From Terriglobia bacterium (GTDB lineage Bacteria > Acidobacteriota > Terriglobia > 20CM-2-55-15): DNA of 64,000 nt. The first letter of the stretch is position 1. The number at the start of each line of letters is the position of its first letter. The stretch lies in contig CAXWPJ010000004.1 of assembly GCA_963664115.2 (NCBI GenBank), forward strand, positions 64,001 through 128,000, written 5' to 3'. The notes under the pieces are model-generated. The model saw nothing but the letters and a program-made list of their open reading frames with translations. It ran no database searches and had not been told where the DNA came from. Of this stretch, positions 8,135 to 18,642 are shown in pieces. Position numbers and translations under genes: made by a program.

Positions 8135-9352
8135 ATGGCCAAGCGACCCATACCGTTTTCTTCGAGAGGCAAACCCGGCAAGCCGCGTCGGAAACAAAGG
8201 ATTTCCCAAATCGTTCAGGACATTCCCGCCTCGGGTCTCCGACGCTTCTTCGATCTGATCGTCTCTACGGACGGCATTATCTCTCTCGGCGTGGGCGAGC
8301 CGGACTTTGTCACGCCCTGGCACGTGCGCGAAGCCGCTATCTATTCGGTAGAAGCCGGTCAGACCTACTACACGTCGAACCTGGGGACGATGGAACTCCG
8401 AAGCGAGGTTGCCGCTTACCTGGAGCGTTTGTACGGCCTGCGATACGATCCGGAGTGCGAAATTCTGATTACCGTGGGTGCGAGCGAAGCGATCGACCTC
8501 GTCATGCGCGCCACACTCAACCCCGGAGACGAAGTCGTCAGCGCAGACCCCGGTTACGTGGCGTATTCCCCTATCATCCAGCTAGCCGGCGGCGTGTCCC
8601 GGACGGTCCCGACGCGAGTGGAGGATGGGTTTTGCCTCCAGGGGGGAGACATCGCCGCACACCTCACCGATCGGAGCCGACTGCTTCTGCTGAACAATCC
8701 TTCAAATCCGACGGGAGCGTTGCTGGATCGGAAGACTCTCGAAGCCATCGCAGAGGTGGCCGAAGAGAACGATCTCCTCGTCGTCTCCGATGAGATTTAC
8801 GACAGGCTTGTATACGCCGAAGAACCTTTTGTACCCTTTGCTTCCCTAGCCGGAATGAACGATCGCACGATCACCGTTGGAGGCTTTTCCAAAGCGTTCG
8901 CGATGACGGGCTGGCGGCTCGGCTACGTGTGCGCACCCCCCGATCTCATAGCAGCCATGATGAAAATTCATCAGTACACACTGATGTGTGCGCCAACCTC
9001 TGCTCAGGCCGCTGCTGTAGAGGCCTTGCGCCACGGCGAACCGGATGTACAGCAAATGCTCGAAGCCTACGGCCAACGCCGCAAGTTGCTGCTCGACGGC
9101 CTGGAAAAGATAGGCCTTGAGCCGAATGAACCACAGGGCGCTTTCTATGCCTTCCCGTCCATCCGTTCTACGGGCTTGACGTCGGAAGAGTTTGCCGAAC
9201 AGCTTCTGATCGAAAACCAGGTGGCTGTCGTGCCTGGCAATGCATTCGGCCCGTCCGGCGAAGGCTTCGTCCGTTGTTGCTATGCTGTCAGCGTCGCAGA
9301 CATCGAAGAGGCACTCGAACGTATGGGTCGTTTCGTCAGCCGTCACAGCTAG
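8135..9352 (+). CDS. class I/II PLP-dependent aminotransferase
   Basis: LGVGEPDF, NNPSNPTG, SDEIY, GFSKAFAMTGWRLG motifs. Confidence 0.95.
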   Translation: MAKRPIPFSSRGKPGKPRRKQRISQIVQDIPASGLRRFFDLIVSTDGIISLGVGEPDFVTPWHVREAAIYSVEAGQTYYTSNLGTMELRSEVAAYLERLYGLRYDPECEILITVGASEAIDLVMRATLNPGDEVVSADPGYVAYSPIIQLAGGVSRTVPTRVEDGFCLQGGDIAAHLTDRSRLLLLNNPSNPTGALLDRKTLEAIAEVAEENDLLVVSDEIYDRLVYAEEPFVPFASLAGMNDRTITVGGFSKAFAMTGWRLGYVCAPPDLIAAMMKIHQYTLMCAPTSAQAAAVEALRHGEPDVQQMLEAYGQRRKLLLDGLEKIGLEPNEPQGAFYAFPSIRSTGLTSEEFAEQLLIENQVAVVPGNAFGPSGEGFVRCCYAVSVADIEEALERMGRFVSRHS

Positions 9353-9364
9353 TACGCCTAACCA

Positions 9365-9709
9365 ATGTCTGCAGGCAACACACCCACACAGCCATCAATG
9401 CTGGCGAACTTGGTCGAGTATCAGGATGGTTCCGTCGTCAGCCGAACGCTCATCAAACAACCCGACGGCTCGGTCACCGTTTTCGCCTTCGATGAGGGAC
9501 AGGAGTTGAGTGAACACAAAGTTCCTTACGACGCCTTCGTGTACCTGGTTGTTGGAAAGGCTCGGATCACTCTTTCAGGCATACCACATGAACTGGGCGT
9601 CGGAGACGCCCTTGTCATGCCAGCGCGCACACCGCACGCCGTTGTCGCCCTGACACAATTCAAAATGGTGCTCGCAATGGTACGGGCGGATGAGGATCCT
9701 CGAAAGTGA
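9365..9709 (+). CDS. cupin domain protein
   Basis: FAFDEGQELSEH...MPARTPHAV. Confidence 0.85.
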   Translation: MSAGNTPTQPSMLANLVEYQDGSVVSRTLIKQPDGSVTVFAFDEGQELSEHKVPYDAFVYLVVGKARITLSGIPHELGVGDALVMPARTPHAVVALTQFKMVLAMVRADEDPRK

Positions 9710-10242
9710 ATCACCCGACCACCGCGGAACTGGAGAGCAAACTCGCCTGGCTCAGCGAATGCCCAAAAGATGGTGGAAAGATTACCGGAATCGTTATCCG
9801 GCCACGAACGAACGAGCGGGTCTTGCTCAGCGAGTGCGAAGTCAGCCCCAAACTTGGAGTGCATGGAGACAACTGGGCGAGCCGGAGTCATGACGAAAAT
9901 TCCAACTCAGCAACTCAAATTACGATCATGAACACGCGTATGATCGAATTGCTTGCCGATGAAAAGGAACGCCAGGCCCTGGCGGGAGATCAGTTCTTTG
10001 CAGACATGGACCTCAGCAAAACGAATCTCAAGGTCGGCCAACAATTACGTGTGGGCACGGCCACCCTCGAGATCATGTCCAAACCTCACCGCGGATGCTT
10101 GAAATTCTCGAAGCGATTCGGTGCAGACGCTTTGAGGTTTGTCAATTCCGAGGCAGGCATCGGAATGCGACTGCGCGGCCTATACGCACGAGTCATCTCA
10201 TCCGGATCGGTCGAGGTTGGGAGCGCGCTAGAAAAGATCTGA
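9706..10242 (+). CDS. MOSC domain protein
   Basis: GVHGD, AGDQFFAD, PHRGCLKF, RGLYARV motifs. Confidence 0.85.
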   Translation: MNHPTTAELESKLAWLSECPKDGGKITGIVIRPRTNERVLLSECEVSPKLGVHGDNWASRSHDENSNSATQITIMNTRMIELLADEKERQALAGDQFFADMDLSKTNLKVGQQLRVGTATLEIMSKPHRGCLKFSKRFGADALRFVNSEAGIGMRLRGLYARVISSGSVEVGSALEKI

Positions 10243-10334
10243 TCCTGAAGAGAATCCGAAAGCAGAATGACTGACGAAAACATAAGCACATGCGCTCAAG
10301 GGATCCGGAGCGCCAAGACAAGCGGAGTCTAAAG

Positions 10335-12173
10335 ATGTCTCAACTACTACACCGGAAGCTTCGAAGATTTCTGACTAAAGAATCACTCGGATTAGGCGTG
10401 GTCCTCGGTTGCATTGGCCTCGTCTCGGTCCAGCCCACTCAGGGTGCTGGTTCTCAGGCCTCGCCCGCTCCCGCTTTCTCCGGCGACCGGTTAATCGAGC
10501 TACCCACAGAGGACTGGGTCACGAACGGAGGCAACGTCTACAACCAACGGTACTCACCCCTCGATCAGATCAACCGCGACACCGTAAGCGAACTGAAGGG
10601 CGTCTCACGCACGCGGCTCGGTGGATCCGGCGTGGGCGCCAAGTACTCCGGCGAGGCCCAACCGCTCGTGTACGACGGTGTGGTCTATGTCGTGACCGGC
10701 GCCAATGACGTGTTTGCCATTTCCGTGGACACCGGCGACCTGTTGTGGAACTACGCAGCCAACCTGGACCAGACCATCGATACCATCTGTTGCGGCTGGA
10801 CCAGCCGCGGCCTGGGCCTGGGCGAAGGGAAAGTCTTTGTCGGCCAGTTGGACGGCAAACTGGTGGCACTGGACCAAAGCACGGGCGCGGTCCTCTGGTC
10901 GACGCAGGCGGAACGCTGGGAAGAGGGGTTCAGCATCACCAGCGCGCCACTCTACTACGATGGACTGGTGATTACGGGTTTCGCGGGTGCGGAGTACGGC
11001 GTTCGCGGGCGGGTGAAAGCCTACGATGTAGCGGATGGCTCCCTCGTTTGGACGTTCTATACCGTTCCGGGTCCCGGTGAGTTCGGGCACGACACCTGGC
11101 CCGCCAACAGTGACGTCTATCTTTACGGTGGCGCGACGGTCTGGCAGACACCGGCCGTTGACCCGGCACTCGACCTGATCTACTTCTCGACGGGCAACCC
11201 AGGCCCGGACTTCAACGGCAGCATACGGCCAGGCGACAACCTGTTCGCGACCTCCATCGTCGCGGTCGATGCAAGATCGGGTGAGTACCGCTGGCATTTC
11301 CAGCAAGTCCACCATGACATCTGGGATTACGATGCCCCGAATCCGGTCGTGCTTTTCGATCTCGAGATCAACGGTGAGATGAGGCAAGCGTTGGCAGAGG
11401 CCAGCAAGACGGGCTGGGTCTACATCCTGGACCGTGAGACCGGTGAGCCTCTGATCGGCATCGAAGAGCGTCCGGTGCCACAGGAGCCCCGGCAAGCCAC
11501 CTCAGCGACCCAACCTTACCCGATCGGGGATGCCTTCGTTCCGCAGCAGGTTGATATCGCACCGGAAGGCTATCCCCCGCTCGTGAATCAGGGACGCATA
11601 TTCACACCCTTCTTCGACGACGGGGTTGTCGTCAAGCCGAGTCATAGCGGCGGCGCCAACTGGGCAGGCAGTGCCTACGATCCCGAGACGGGCTATCTCT
11701 ACATCTGTGCAACCGACCGCATGTCGTTCTTCAGTGGTGGGACCACCGATAACGAGCTGCCTCCCGTGCAAGGCGAACAATTTGTGGGTGGGGAGTTCGG
11801 GTCTATTCCTTACCATGTTTCCGGCGTGTTCGCTGCCATGGACATGCACACCAACACGATCGTCTGGCAACAACGGTTGCGGGACCGCTGCTACAGTGGA
11901 TCACTGGCTACGGCAGGAGGATTGATCTTCCTCGGTCGCAACGATGGTCGCTTGACCGCGCTGGACTCGAGCGACGGATCGTTGCTCTGGGAGTTCCAGA
12001 CGGGCGCCGGAATGAATTCGTCGGTGAGCAGCTTCGAATATGAAGGGCAACAGTATGTCGTTGCGTATTCCGCGGGTAACAATTTCGCACGATCCACTCG
12101 AGGCGACAGTGTCTGGCTTTTTTCGTTGAGCGGTTCCATGGAGGAAGTAGCCGCGGCAAGCTCAGGGCCATAG
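10335..12173 (+). CDS. PQQ-dependent (alcohol-type) dehydrogenase
   Basis: NQRYSPLDQIN, vicinal CCG, repeated W-docking motifs, HHDIWDYD; signal peptide. Confidence 0.92.
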   Translation: MSQLLHRKLRRFLTKESLGLGVVLGCIGLVSVQPTQGAGSQASPAPAFSGDRLIELPTEDWVTNGGNVYNQRYSPLDQINRDTVSELKGVSRTRLGGSGVGAKYSGEAQPLVYDGVVYVVTGANDVFAISVDTGDLLWNYAANLDQTIDTICCGWTSRGLGLGEGKVFVGQLDGKLVALDQSTGAVLWSTQAERWEEGFSITSAPLYYDGLVITGFAGAEYGVRGRVKAYDVADGSLVWTFYTVPGPGEFGHDTWPANSDVYLYGGATVWQTPAVDPALDLIYFSTGNPGPDFNGSIRPGDNLFATSIVAVDARSGEYRWHFQQVHHDIWDYDAPNPVVLFDLEINGEMRQALAEASKTGWVYILDRETGEPLIGIEERPVPQEPRQATSATQPYPIGDAFVPQQVDIAPEGYPPLVNQGRIFTPFFDDGVVVKPSHSGGANWAGSAYDPETGYLYICATDRMSFFSGGTTDNELPPVQGEQFVGGEFGSIPYHVSGVFAAMDMHTNTIVWQQRLRDRCYSGSLATAGGLIFLGRNDGRLTALDSSDGSLLWEFQTGAGMNSSVSSFEYEGQQYVVAYSAGNNFARSTRGDSVWLFSLSGSMEEVAAASSGP

Positions 12174-12256
12174 GCAGCCCGTGGCACAAGTCTTGAGGGC
12201 CAGGTCACATCCACACTTTTTAGACGGATCTGACTCGATTCAAAAGGAGCTTCTTA

Positions 12257-15121
12257 ATGAGATACCCAATCCGCATCGCTATCCTCTTTTGCCTGCTGGC
12301 AACGCATCCACTGGCATTCCCAACATCCGGGCTCATCGCTCAGGAAGCGACGCTTGGGAGGGCGAACCCCGAAGATGCGCTGACAGTTCCTCTGGATCAA
12401 CCCGCTCCGATCAGCCCAGCCGTCAGGACTGGAGAATTCGCCAACGGCCTGCGCTACTTCATTCGTGAAAACCAGGAACCGGAAAACCGGGCGGAATTGC
12501 GACTTGTAGTCAACGCGGGATCGATCCTTGAAGACGACGACCAACTCGGACTGGCGCATTTTCTGGAACACATGGCCTTCAACGGAACCGACAACTTCGA
12601 AAAGCAGGAATTGATCGGTTTCATGGAATCCATCGGCATGCGCTTGGGCCCGGGCGTCAACGCCTCCACCTCTTTCGATGAAACGAACTACCAACTGGAA
12701 CTGCCGACCGACAATCCCGTGTACATGGAAACGGCTTTCCAGATTCTGGAAGATTGGGCGCACGGTCTGACACTCGACCCCGAAGAGATCGACATGGAGC
12801 GCGGAGTCGTCATTGAGGAATGGCGGCTGGGTCAAGGCGCCGGCTCACGTTTACGCGACCTCCAATTTCCGGTCATCTTTAATGGATCGCGTTACGCGGA
12901 ACGCCTTCCGATCGGCACACTGGAAAGTCTGGAAAACTTCGACCACGAGGCCTTGGGTCGCTTCTACCGGGACTGGTATCGGCCCGATCTGATGGCTGTC
13001 ATTGCGGTTGGCGACTTCGACGCATCCGAGATCGAGGCGCTGACGCGTCAACATTTTGAAGATCTGCGAAACCCGCCGAACTCTCGAGAGCGTCCCACAT
13101 ACGGTGTTCCAGACCATGCTGAGACGCTGTTTTCGATCGCGACGGACCCGGAAATGCCTCGGACGAGCGTCCAAGTCTATCACAAGATGCCGCCGGCAAC
13201 CGATTGGACAATTGGCGGCTACAGGCAGCGGATTGTGGAACGGCTCTACAACAGCATGCTCAACAATCGCTTTGCGGAGATCGCCAGGCAACCCAATCCA
13301 CCGTTTGTGCGGGGATCATCAAACCAGGGCCAGTTGATTCGCCCGGTGGGCGCGTATTTCTTGAGCGCTTCGGTTCTTGAGAACAGTATCGAAAGAGGTT
13401 TGGAGTCGCTGTTCACAGAAGCGGAACGTGTCGCGCGATTCGGATTCACCGAGTCTGAACTTGAAAGACAAAAGACAAACCTTCTGCGTGGAATGGAGCG
13501 CAGCTATACGAATCGGGACAACCGCGATTCTGGAGCCTTCGCACGCGAGTACACCCGAGCCTTCCTCAGCGGCGAGTCAATTCCCGGCATCGAATACGAA
13601 TACCAACTGCACCAGCGCTTCATCCCCGAAATTGCTATCGATGAAGTCAACGGGATCGGTCAAGATTGGATCCGCGACGCCAACCGCGTTGTTGTTGTTT
13701 CAGGTCCAGAGAAAGAAGGCTTGGCGATGCCAAGTGAAGCAGCTCTGACGGCTGTCCTCACTGCAGTTGGTGATCTTGAGATCACCGCCTATGTGGACAC
13801 TGTCAGCGACGCGCCCCTACTGGCTACAGTCCCCGAAGGATCGGAGATCGTCGCTACGCGCATGATCGAAGGGGGCATTACCGAGTGGGATCTTGCCAAC
13901 GGCGTGCGCGTCGCCCTGAAGCCGACAGACTTCGACGAAGACCAGATCGTGTTCCGCGGTTCGAGCCCGGGAGGAACGTCGCTGGCCAGTGAAGCTGACT
14001 ATATCCCCGCAAGCACAGCGACAACACTGATCTCGAACGGTGGAGTTGGAGAATTCAACGCAATCGATTTACAGAAGGTGCTCACGGGCAAGCTCGCGAA
14101 CGTTCGCCCGTTCATCTCCAGCTACGACGAGGGTGTCAGTGGCAACGCGTCCACCACGGACCTGGAAACGATGTTCCAGTTGATCTACTTGCGGTTCACT
14201 GCGCCGCGTGCTGATGACACCCTGTATGAACTGTGGGAAGCCCAGACGCGGCAAGCCCTCGCGAATCGAGACTCGAATCCGGCAACGGCGTTCAGCGATG
14301 CCTACAACCGCATCATCACACAAGACCATCCACGGTATCGCCCACCAACGGTTGCAATACTTGATGACACGGACTTATACCAATCACTGTCCTTCTATGA
14401 GGACCGCTTCTCCGACGCCAGCGATTACACTTTCGTCTTCGTCGGCAACATCGATTTTGACGTCATGCGGCCGCTGGTGGAACGCTATCTGGGAGCTCTG
14501 CCCTCGACAGGCCGGAGCGAAACTTGGCGGGATCTCGGTCTGAGGGCGCCAACTGGCGTCTTCGCCGAAACCGTGTACGGGGGTATCGAACCCCGAAGCC
14601 AGACGCGTATCGCATTCACCGGCCCTTTCAATTACGAAGACCAGGCTGAACGGACCGGAATTCGGGCGATGGCGATGGTACTGGAGACACGCCTGAGAGA
14701 TCGCATGAGGGAAGAACTCGGTGGCACCTACAGCATCAACGTTAGAGCCAATATGACCTGGCAACCTGTTGAAAGCTACACGTTCACCATTACGTTCGGG
14801 TCCGACCCGGAACGCACGGATGAGCTTGTCCAGGCCGTTTTCGACGGAATCGAAGATCTCAAGAGTGCCCCGCCCGACGATGATCTGGTTTCTGATGTCC
14901 GTCAAGCCCTGCTCCGGTCATTTGAAACCGGATTTCAGGAAAACAGGACTCTGCTGGGTCAGCTCGTCAGCGACTATCAACGGGACGCTGACCCGGGCGC
15001 CAGCATCCGCTCATATCCCGCGTCTGCAGAAGCCCTTACGCCCGTTTCAATTCAGGAAGACGCGCAGCAATACCTGAACCTGGAAAACAGGATTCGCGTC
15101 ACCCTGATGCCTGAACCCTAG
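12257..15121 (+). CDS. M16-family zinc peptidase (PqqL-like), secreted
   Basis: GLAHFLEHMAFNGT (HxxEH), NASTSFDET, FYRDWYRP; 954 aa tandem-domain architecture. Confidence 0.93.
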   Translation: MRYPIRIAILFCLLATHPLAFPTSGLIAQEATLGRANPEDALTVPLDQPAPISPAVRTGEFANGLRYFIRENQEPENRAELRLVVNAGSILEDDDQLGLAHFLEHMAFNGTDNFEKQELIGFMESIGMRLGPGVNASTSFDETNYQLELPTDNPVYMETAFQILEDWAHGLTLDPEEIDMERGVVIEEWRLGQGAGSRLRDLQFPVIFNGSRYAERLPIGTLESLENFDHEALGRFYRDWYRPDLMAVIAVGDFDASEIEALTRQHFEDLRNPPNSRERPTYGVPDHAETLFSIATDPEMPRTSVQVYHKMPPATDWTIGGYRQRIVERLYNSMLNNRFAEIARQPNPPFVRGSSNQGQLIRPVGAYFLSASVLENSIERGLESLFTEAERVARFGFTESELERQKTNLLRGMERSYTNRDNRDSGAFAREYTRAFLSGESIPGIEYEYQLHQRFIPEIAIDEVNGIGQDWIRDANRVVVVSGPEKEGLAMPSEAALTAVLTAVGDLEITAYVDTVSDAPLLATVPEGSEIVATRMIEGGITEWDLANGVRVALKPTDFDEDQIVFRGSSPGGTSLASEADYIPASTATTLISNGGVGEFNAIDLQKVLTGKLANVRPFISSYDEGVSGNASTTDLETMFQLIYLRFTAPRADDTLYELWEAQTRQALANRDSNPATAFSDAYNRIITQDHPRYRPPTVAILDDTDLYQSLSFYEDRFSDASDYTFVFVGNIDFDVMRPLVERYLGALPSTGRSETWRDLGLRAPTGVFAETVYGGIEPRSQTRIAFTGPFNYEDQAERTGIRAMAMVLETRLRDRMREELGGTYSINVRANMTWQPVESYTFTITFGSDPERTDELVQAVFDGIEDLKSAPPDDDLVSDVRQALLRSFETGFQENRTLLGQLVSDYQRDADPGASIRSYPASAEALTPVSIQEDAQQYLNLENRIRVTLMPEP

Positions 15122-15241
15122 CAGCCAGCCTGGCTGGATCCAACGGACGCGTATACGAAACAGAGCTGCGGTTTGACACCTTCTTTGGGTGGGGGTAGGA
15201 TACCCGTAAATTTCTGAACCTATTGATCCAAGGAGAACCCG

Positions 15242-16294
15242 ATGAAACGAATCTTTATTTGTCTCTGCATTGTGCCGCTTGCGCTGACTTTGTCTGCTTG
15301 CGCACCCATGGCCGAACCAGAACCGGAAGCGGAAGCGGAAGCGGAGGCCCCGGCTCCGGCCGAGCCAGACGGACCGGCTCGAAGCATCGTTAATATTACG
15401 GGAGATCTGTATCGAGCACAGAACAACAACCACCACACGGTGTTCCTGGTCACCGAAGAAGGCATCATCATGTCGGACCCGATCAACCGGGACTTCGCGA
15501 CATATCTCAAGGCAGAAATTGAAGAGCGCTTTGCTCAGCCTGTCCGTTACGTGCTCTACAGTCACACGGATTGGGACCATGCTTCCGGCGGAGAAGTCTT
15601 TGCTGACACGGCAGAGTTCATCGGTCACGAGAACATGACCGACGCGCTGGCCGCGCCAGCCGAGATGGATCTCCCGGCGAACGTCGCAGAACTCGATGCC
15701 AATGGAAACGGAGAGATCGAACCGTCCGAGGCCACCGGCAACTTCCAGAACAATTTCGCACTGTTTGACGCCGATGAAAATGGCATGTTGAGCGGTGGGG
15801 AAATCGCGCGGGGTCCGGTCGGCGACGTTTATCCACCGACAGATACATATTCGGACAGCCGGACCGTAACACTCGGAGGCAAGAGTGTTGAGATGATTCA
15901 TCCGGGCACGGCTCATTCCGCCAACATGTCGGTGCTGCACTTCCCCGAAGAGAGCGCCGTTTTTGTCGTCGACTTCATTAGCCTGGGACGGCTTCCGTTC
16001 CAGACAATGGGCGGCTACGATCACGAACTGTGGACAGGTGAAATGAGCGCAGTCGAAGCACTCGGCGCCGAGTTTGTCATCCCCGCTCACGGTGTTGTGG
16101 GTTCAACGGACGATCTCGCCGAGTATCGGCAGTATCATGTCGATCTATACGACGCTGTTGCCGAGGGAATGGCGGCCGGTTCGTCTTTGGAAGAGATGCA
16201 GGCATCCATAACGATGGAAGCCTATTCGGATTGGGCCAATTATGAGCAATGGCTGCCCCTGAATATCGAGGGCATGTACAACTCGATGAATTAG
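15242..16294 (+). CDS. lipoprotein, MBL-fold hydrolase with inserted EF-hand pair
   Basis: Lipobox LSAC, EP/EA linker, SHTDWDH, AHS, VVD, PAHG; DANGNGEIEPSE and DADENGMLSGGE loops. Confidence 0.85.
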   Translation: MKRIFICLCIVPLALTLSACAPMAEPEPEAEAEAEAPAPAEPDGPARSIVNITGDLYRAQNNNHHTVFLVTEEGIIMSDPINRDFATYLKAEIEERFAQPVRYVLYSHTDWDHASGGEVFADTAEFIGHENMTDALAAPAEMDLPANVAELDANGNGEIEPSEATGNFQNNFALFDADENGMLSGGEIARGPVGDVYPPTDTYSDSRTVTLGGKSVEMIHPGTAHSANMSVLHFPEESAVFVVDFISLGRLPFQTMGGYDHELWTGEMSAVEALGAEFVIPAHGVVGSTDDLAEYRQYHVDLYDAVAEGMAAGSSLEEMQASITMEAYSDWANYEQWLPLNIEGMYNSMN

Positions 16295-16303
16295 TAGGTA
16301 CCA

Positions 16304-16379
16304 AAAGGGGACGCACACTTCAATTTTTGAACGACCTAACGAGTGAGATCTGCTGAATTCTGAAGTGTGCGTCCCCTTT
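16304..16379. repeat. REP-like inverted repeat, copy 1
   Basis: Perfect 19-bp arms AAAGGGGACGCACACTTCA / TGAAGTGTGCGTCCCCTTT with a 38-bp spacer. Confidence 0.8.
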
Positions 16380-16401
16380 ATCGTTTCCTGGAGGCATACC
16401 A

Positions 16402-17733
16402 GTGGTTGAGTCGAGGCCGAATCCACTCAGGATGGCTGGGTTCGCGCTTCCCGCCATGCCGCTCAACGCGACCCTGACGGCACTGTTCGTCTTCCTTCCT
16501 CCTCTCTATGCCGAATTCCGAGGATTGGGCGCCGCCGCTGTGGGCGGCGTCTTTCTTGTCGCAAAGCTCTTTGACACGGTGACCGATCCGATCTTCGGAC
16601 TTGCGGCCGATCGATTGGAAACCCGATGGGGCCGACGACGGCCATGGCTCGTATTATCGGTGCCCATTCTGATGTTGTCGCTCTACCGACTCTACCTGCC
16701 TCCGGAAACGGCGGGCTACGTCTACTTCGCGGGCTGGTTGATCATCATGTACGTCGGGTGGACACTTTCCACGGTAAGCCACACGGCCTGGGCGCTGGAG
16801 CTTTCGGGCGACTACGACCGCAGGTCGCGAATCACCGCGATGCTGCAACTGGCGATCATCGCTGGTGCGGTTGTGGTCAGCCTTATCCCGGCCGCGATGG
16901 AGCGTATGGGCGCTCCCAGCTATGAAGAACGAACGGCTGCGATCGGTCTTTTTCTAGTCTTCAGCCTTCCAGTAGCAGTGCTGATCTGTCTGATGAGTAT
17001 CAGCGAACCACCCTTCAAGCGGCAGCCGGCCATAAGTTGGAAAAGTATTGCCATCGTTCTTAGGACTGCAGCGCTGTTCCGACTGATGATCGCCAACGCG
17101 CTGCTCACTTTTTCGACTTATTTTGTGCAAGGACTCTTCGTATTCTTTGTATCTTTCACCTTGGGACTGGAAGACCAGGTGGGTTCCATTCTCCTCTTTC
17201 TAATCGTGGGAGGTCTCCTGTGTCTACCTCTGTGGGTCAAGCTCTCAGAGGTGTGGAGCAAACATAAGACCGTACAGGTGGCGGTCATGTTCGGCGCTCT
17301 GGCTCCGATTCTTCTTTTGATTCTTCCTCCCGGGCAGTTGGTGATGACCGCGCTTGTCTTCCTGCTGATCGGGGTCAACACCTCGGCAAACGAGTTCCTG
17401 CCACGCTCCATGATGGCGGACGTATCTGATGAAGACAGCGTTAATACCGGTTCCGATCGGATGGGGCTCTACTATGCACTGCTTCAGTTTTCCAGCAAGG
17501 CCGCTTCCGGCTTAGCTGTTTTTATCGGGTTTACGTTTCTCGCCATCTTCGGGTTCGACCCTGCGCTCGGAGCCGAAAACAGCGCGGAGGCGCTCCAACG
17601 CATTCGTTACCTGATCGTAACGTTGCCCATGGCTGCCTATGCCGTGGTGATTTTCCTGATGTGGAGATACCCCATTACACGGGAACGTCAGCAGGAACTG
17701 CGTCGGATCATTGAGGAAAGACCGGCTCAGTAA
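16402..17733 (+). CDS. MFS transporter, GPH (MelB/MFS_2) type
   Basis: DTVTDPIFG..ADR..TRWGRRRPW, ELSGDYDRRS, MMADV, YPIT; about 12 TM segments. Confidence 0.9.
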   Translation: MVESRPNPLRMAGFALPAMPLNATLTALFVFLPPLYAEFRGLGAAAVGGVFLVAKLFDTVTDPIFGLAADRLETRWGRRRPWLVLSVPILMLSLYRLYLPPETAGYVYFAGWLIIMYVGWTLSTVSHTAWALELSGDYDRRSRITAMLQLAIIAGAVVVSLIPAAMERMGAPSYEERTAAIGLFLVFSLPVAVLICLMSISEPPFKRQPAISWKSIAIVLRTAALFRLMIANALLTFSTYFVQGLFVFFVSFTLGLEDQVGSILLFLIVGGLLCLPLWVKLSEVWSKHKTVQVAVMFGALAPILLLILPPGQLVMTALVFLLIGVNTSANEFLPRSMMADVSDEDSVNTGSDRMGLYYALLQFSSKAASGLAVFIGFTFLAIFGFDPALGAENSAEALQRIRYLIVTLPMAAYAVVIFLMWRYPITRERQQELRRIIEERPAQ

Positions 17734-17785
17734 CTGGGGCGCTGCCCGAGGGTGAGACGAGACAGAACGAGGCGAAAGAGAAAAC

Positions 17786-18244
17786 ATGAAGGGCAAACCG
17801 AAAAGCACGGTTATTCAGAGGGTTCACGGCAAATGCGCCACGCACACCCGAACCGAGATATCCGTCCGGGACGTCGGCTCCGTCATCGATGAGCCGCCGG
17901 AACGCGGGGGAGGCAACACGGGACCCACTCCGACTGAAACCCTGCTGTCGGCTCTCATCGCGTGCACCAACGTCATCAGCAACAAGTGTGCAAAAAATCT
18001 GGGGATTCAATACGAGACCGTGTCGATCGATGCCGAAGCGACGTTCGACAGACGTGGAACCCAACTCCTCGAAGAGATAGAAGTGCCGTACCCGAAAATT
18101 CAGCTAACTATCAACGTGAAGACGCCCGCATCCGATGAGGAAATGGAGCAACTCAAATCAGATCTCCAGCGGTTCTGCCCGATTGCAAAGATCATCAGAA
18201 ATGCGGGCACTGAAATCGAGGAAATCTGGAACGTTGAAAAGTAA
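17786..18244 (+). CDS. OsmC family protein
   Basis: DEPPERGG..GPTPTETLLSALIAC...RFCP. Confidence 0.9.
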   Translation: MKGKPKSTVIQRVHGKCATHTRTEISVRDVGSVIDEPPERGGGNTGPTPTETLLSALIACTNVISNKCAKNLGIQYETVSIDAEATFDRRGTQLLEEIEVPYPKIQLTINVKTPASDEEMEQLKSDLQRFCPIAKIIRNAGTEIEEIWNVEK

Positions 18245-18396
18245 AGGGACCACCTGCTTGTATTTCGAAATCTGGCTGGCCTCGGCCCTGGGATGATCCG
18301 AACGTACATCCGCAAAGTACCTTCACAACCACGAGGCAGAGGAGGAGAGACAGGAGCAATTCATTCTGGAAGAGCTTCAGCCCTCTTCGTCTGATC

Positions 18397-18419
18397 GAGG
18401 CCCCCTCGGGGGGCCTTCA
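18397..18419. terminator. GC-rich hairpin between convergent genes
   Basis: AGGCCCCC-TCG-GGGGGCCT stem. Confidence 0.5.
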
Positions 18420-18642
18420 TCAATCCGAGTTTGGCGGGCGGTATCTGATTGAATGTTCTGTTGTCCATTACACCGATGGCTAAAACCTTAAACGGGATCG
18501 TGCCGGTTCCGGATGGCTATGCCGTGCAAGATCCAAGGCCAGATACCGGATTCAGACAGAACTCCGTCTTATACACAAGCCTGGACCACATAAATTGGGA
18601 TTCGATCATCCATTTCAATCCAGGCCATCGGGTTAAGCTCGA

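Noticed and set aside
12174-12256. Search for a pqqA-like precursor near the PQQ dehydrogenase and M16 peptidase
   Set aside because: No short ExxxY ORF seen and no pqqBCDE in the window.
15310-15365. GAAGCG-type short tandem repeats
   Set aside because: Encode an EP/EA/AP lipoprotein tether; not CRISPR or a contingency locus.
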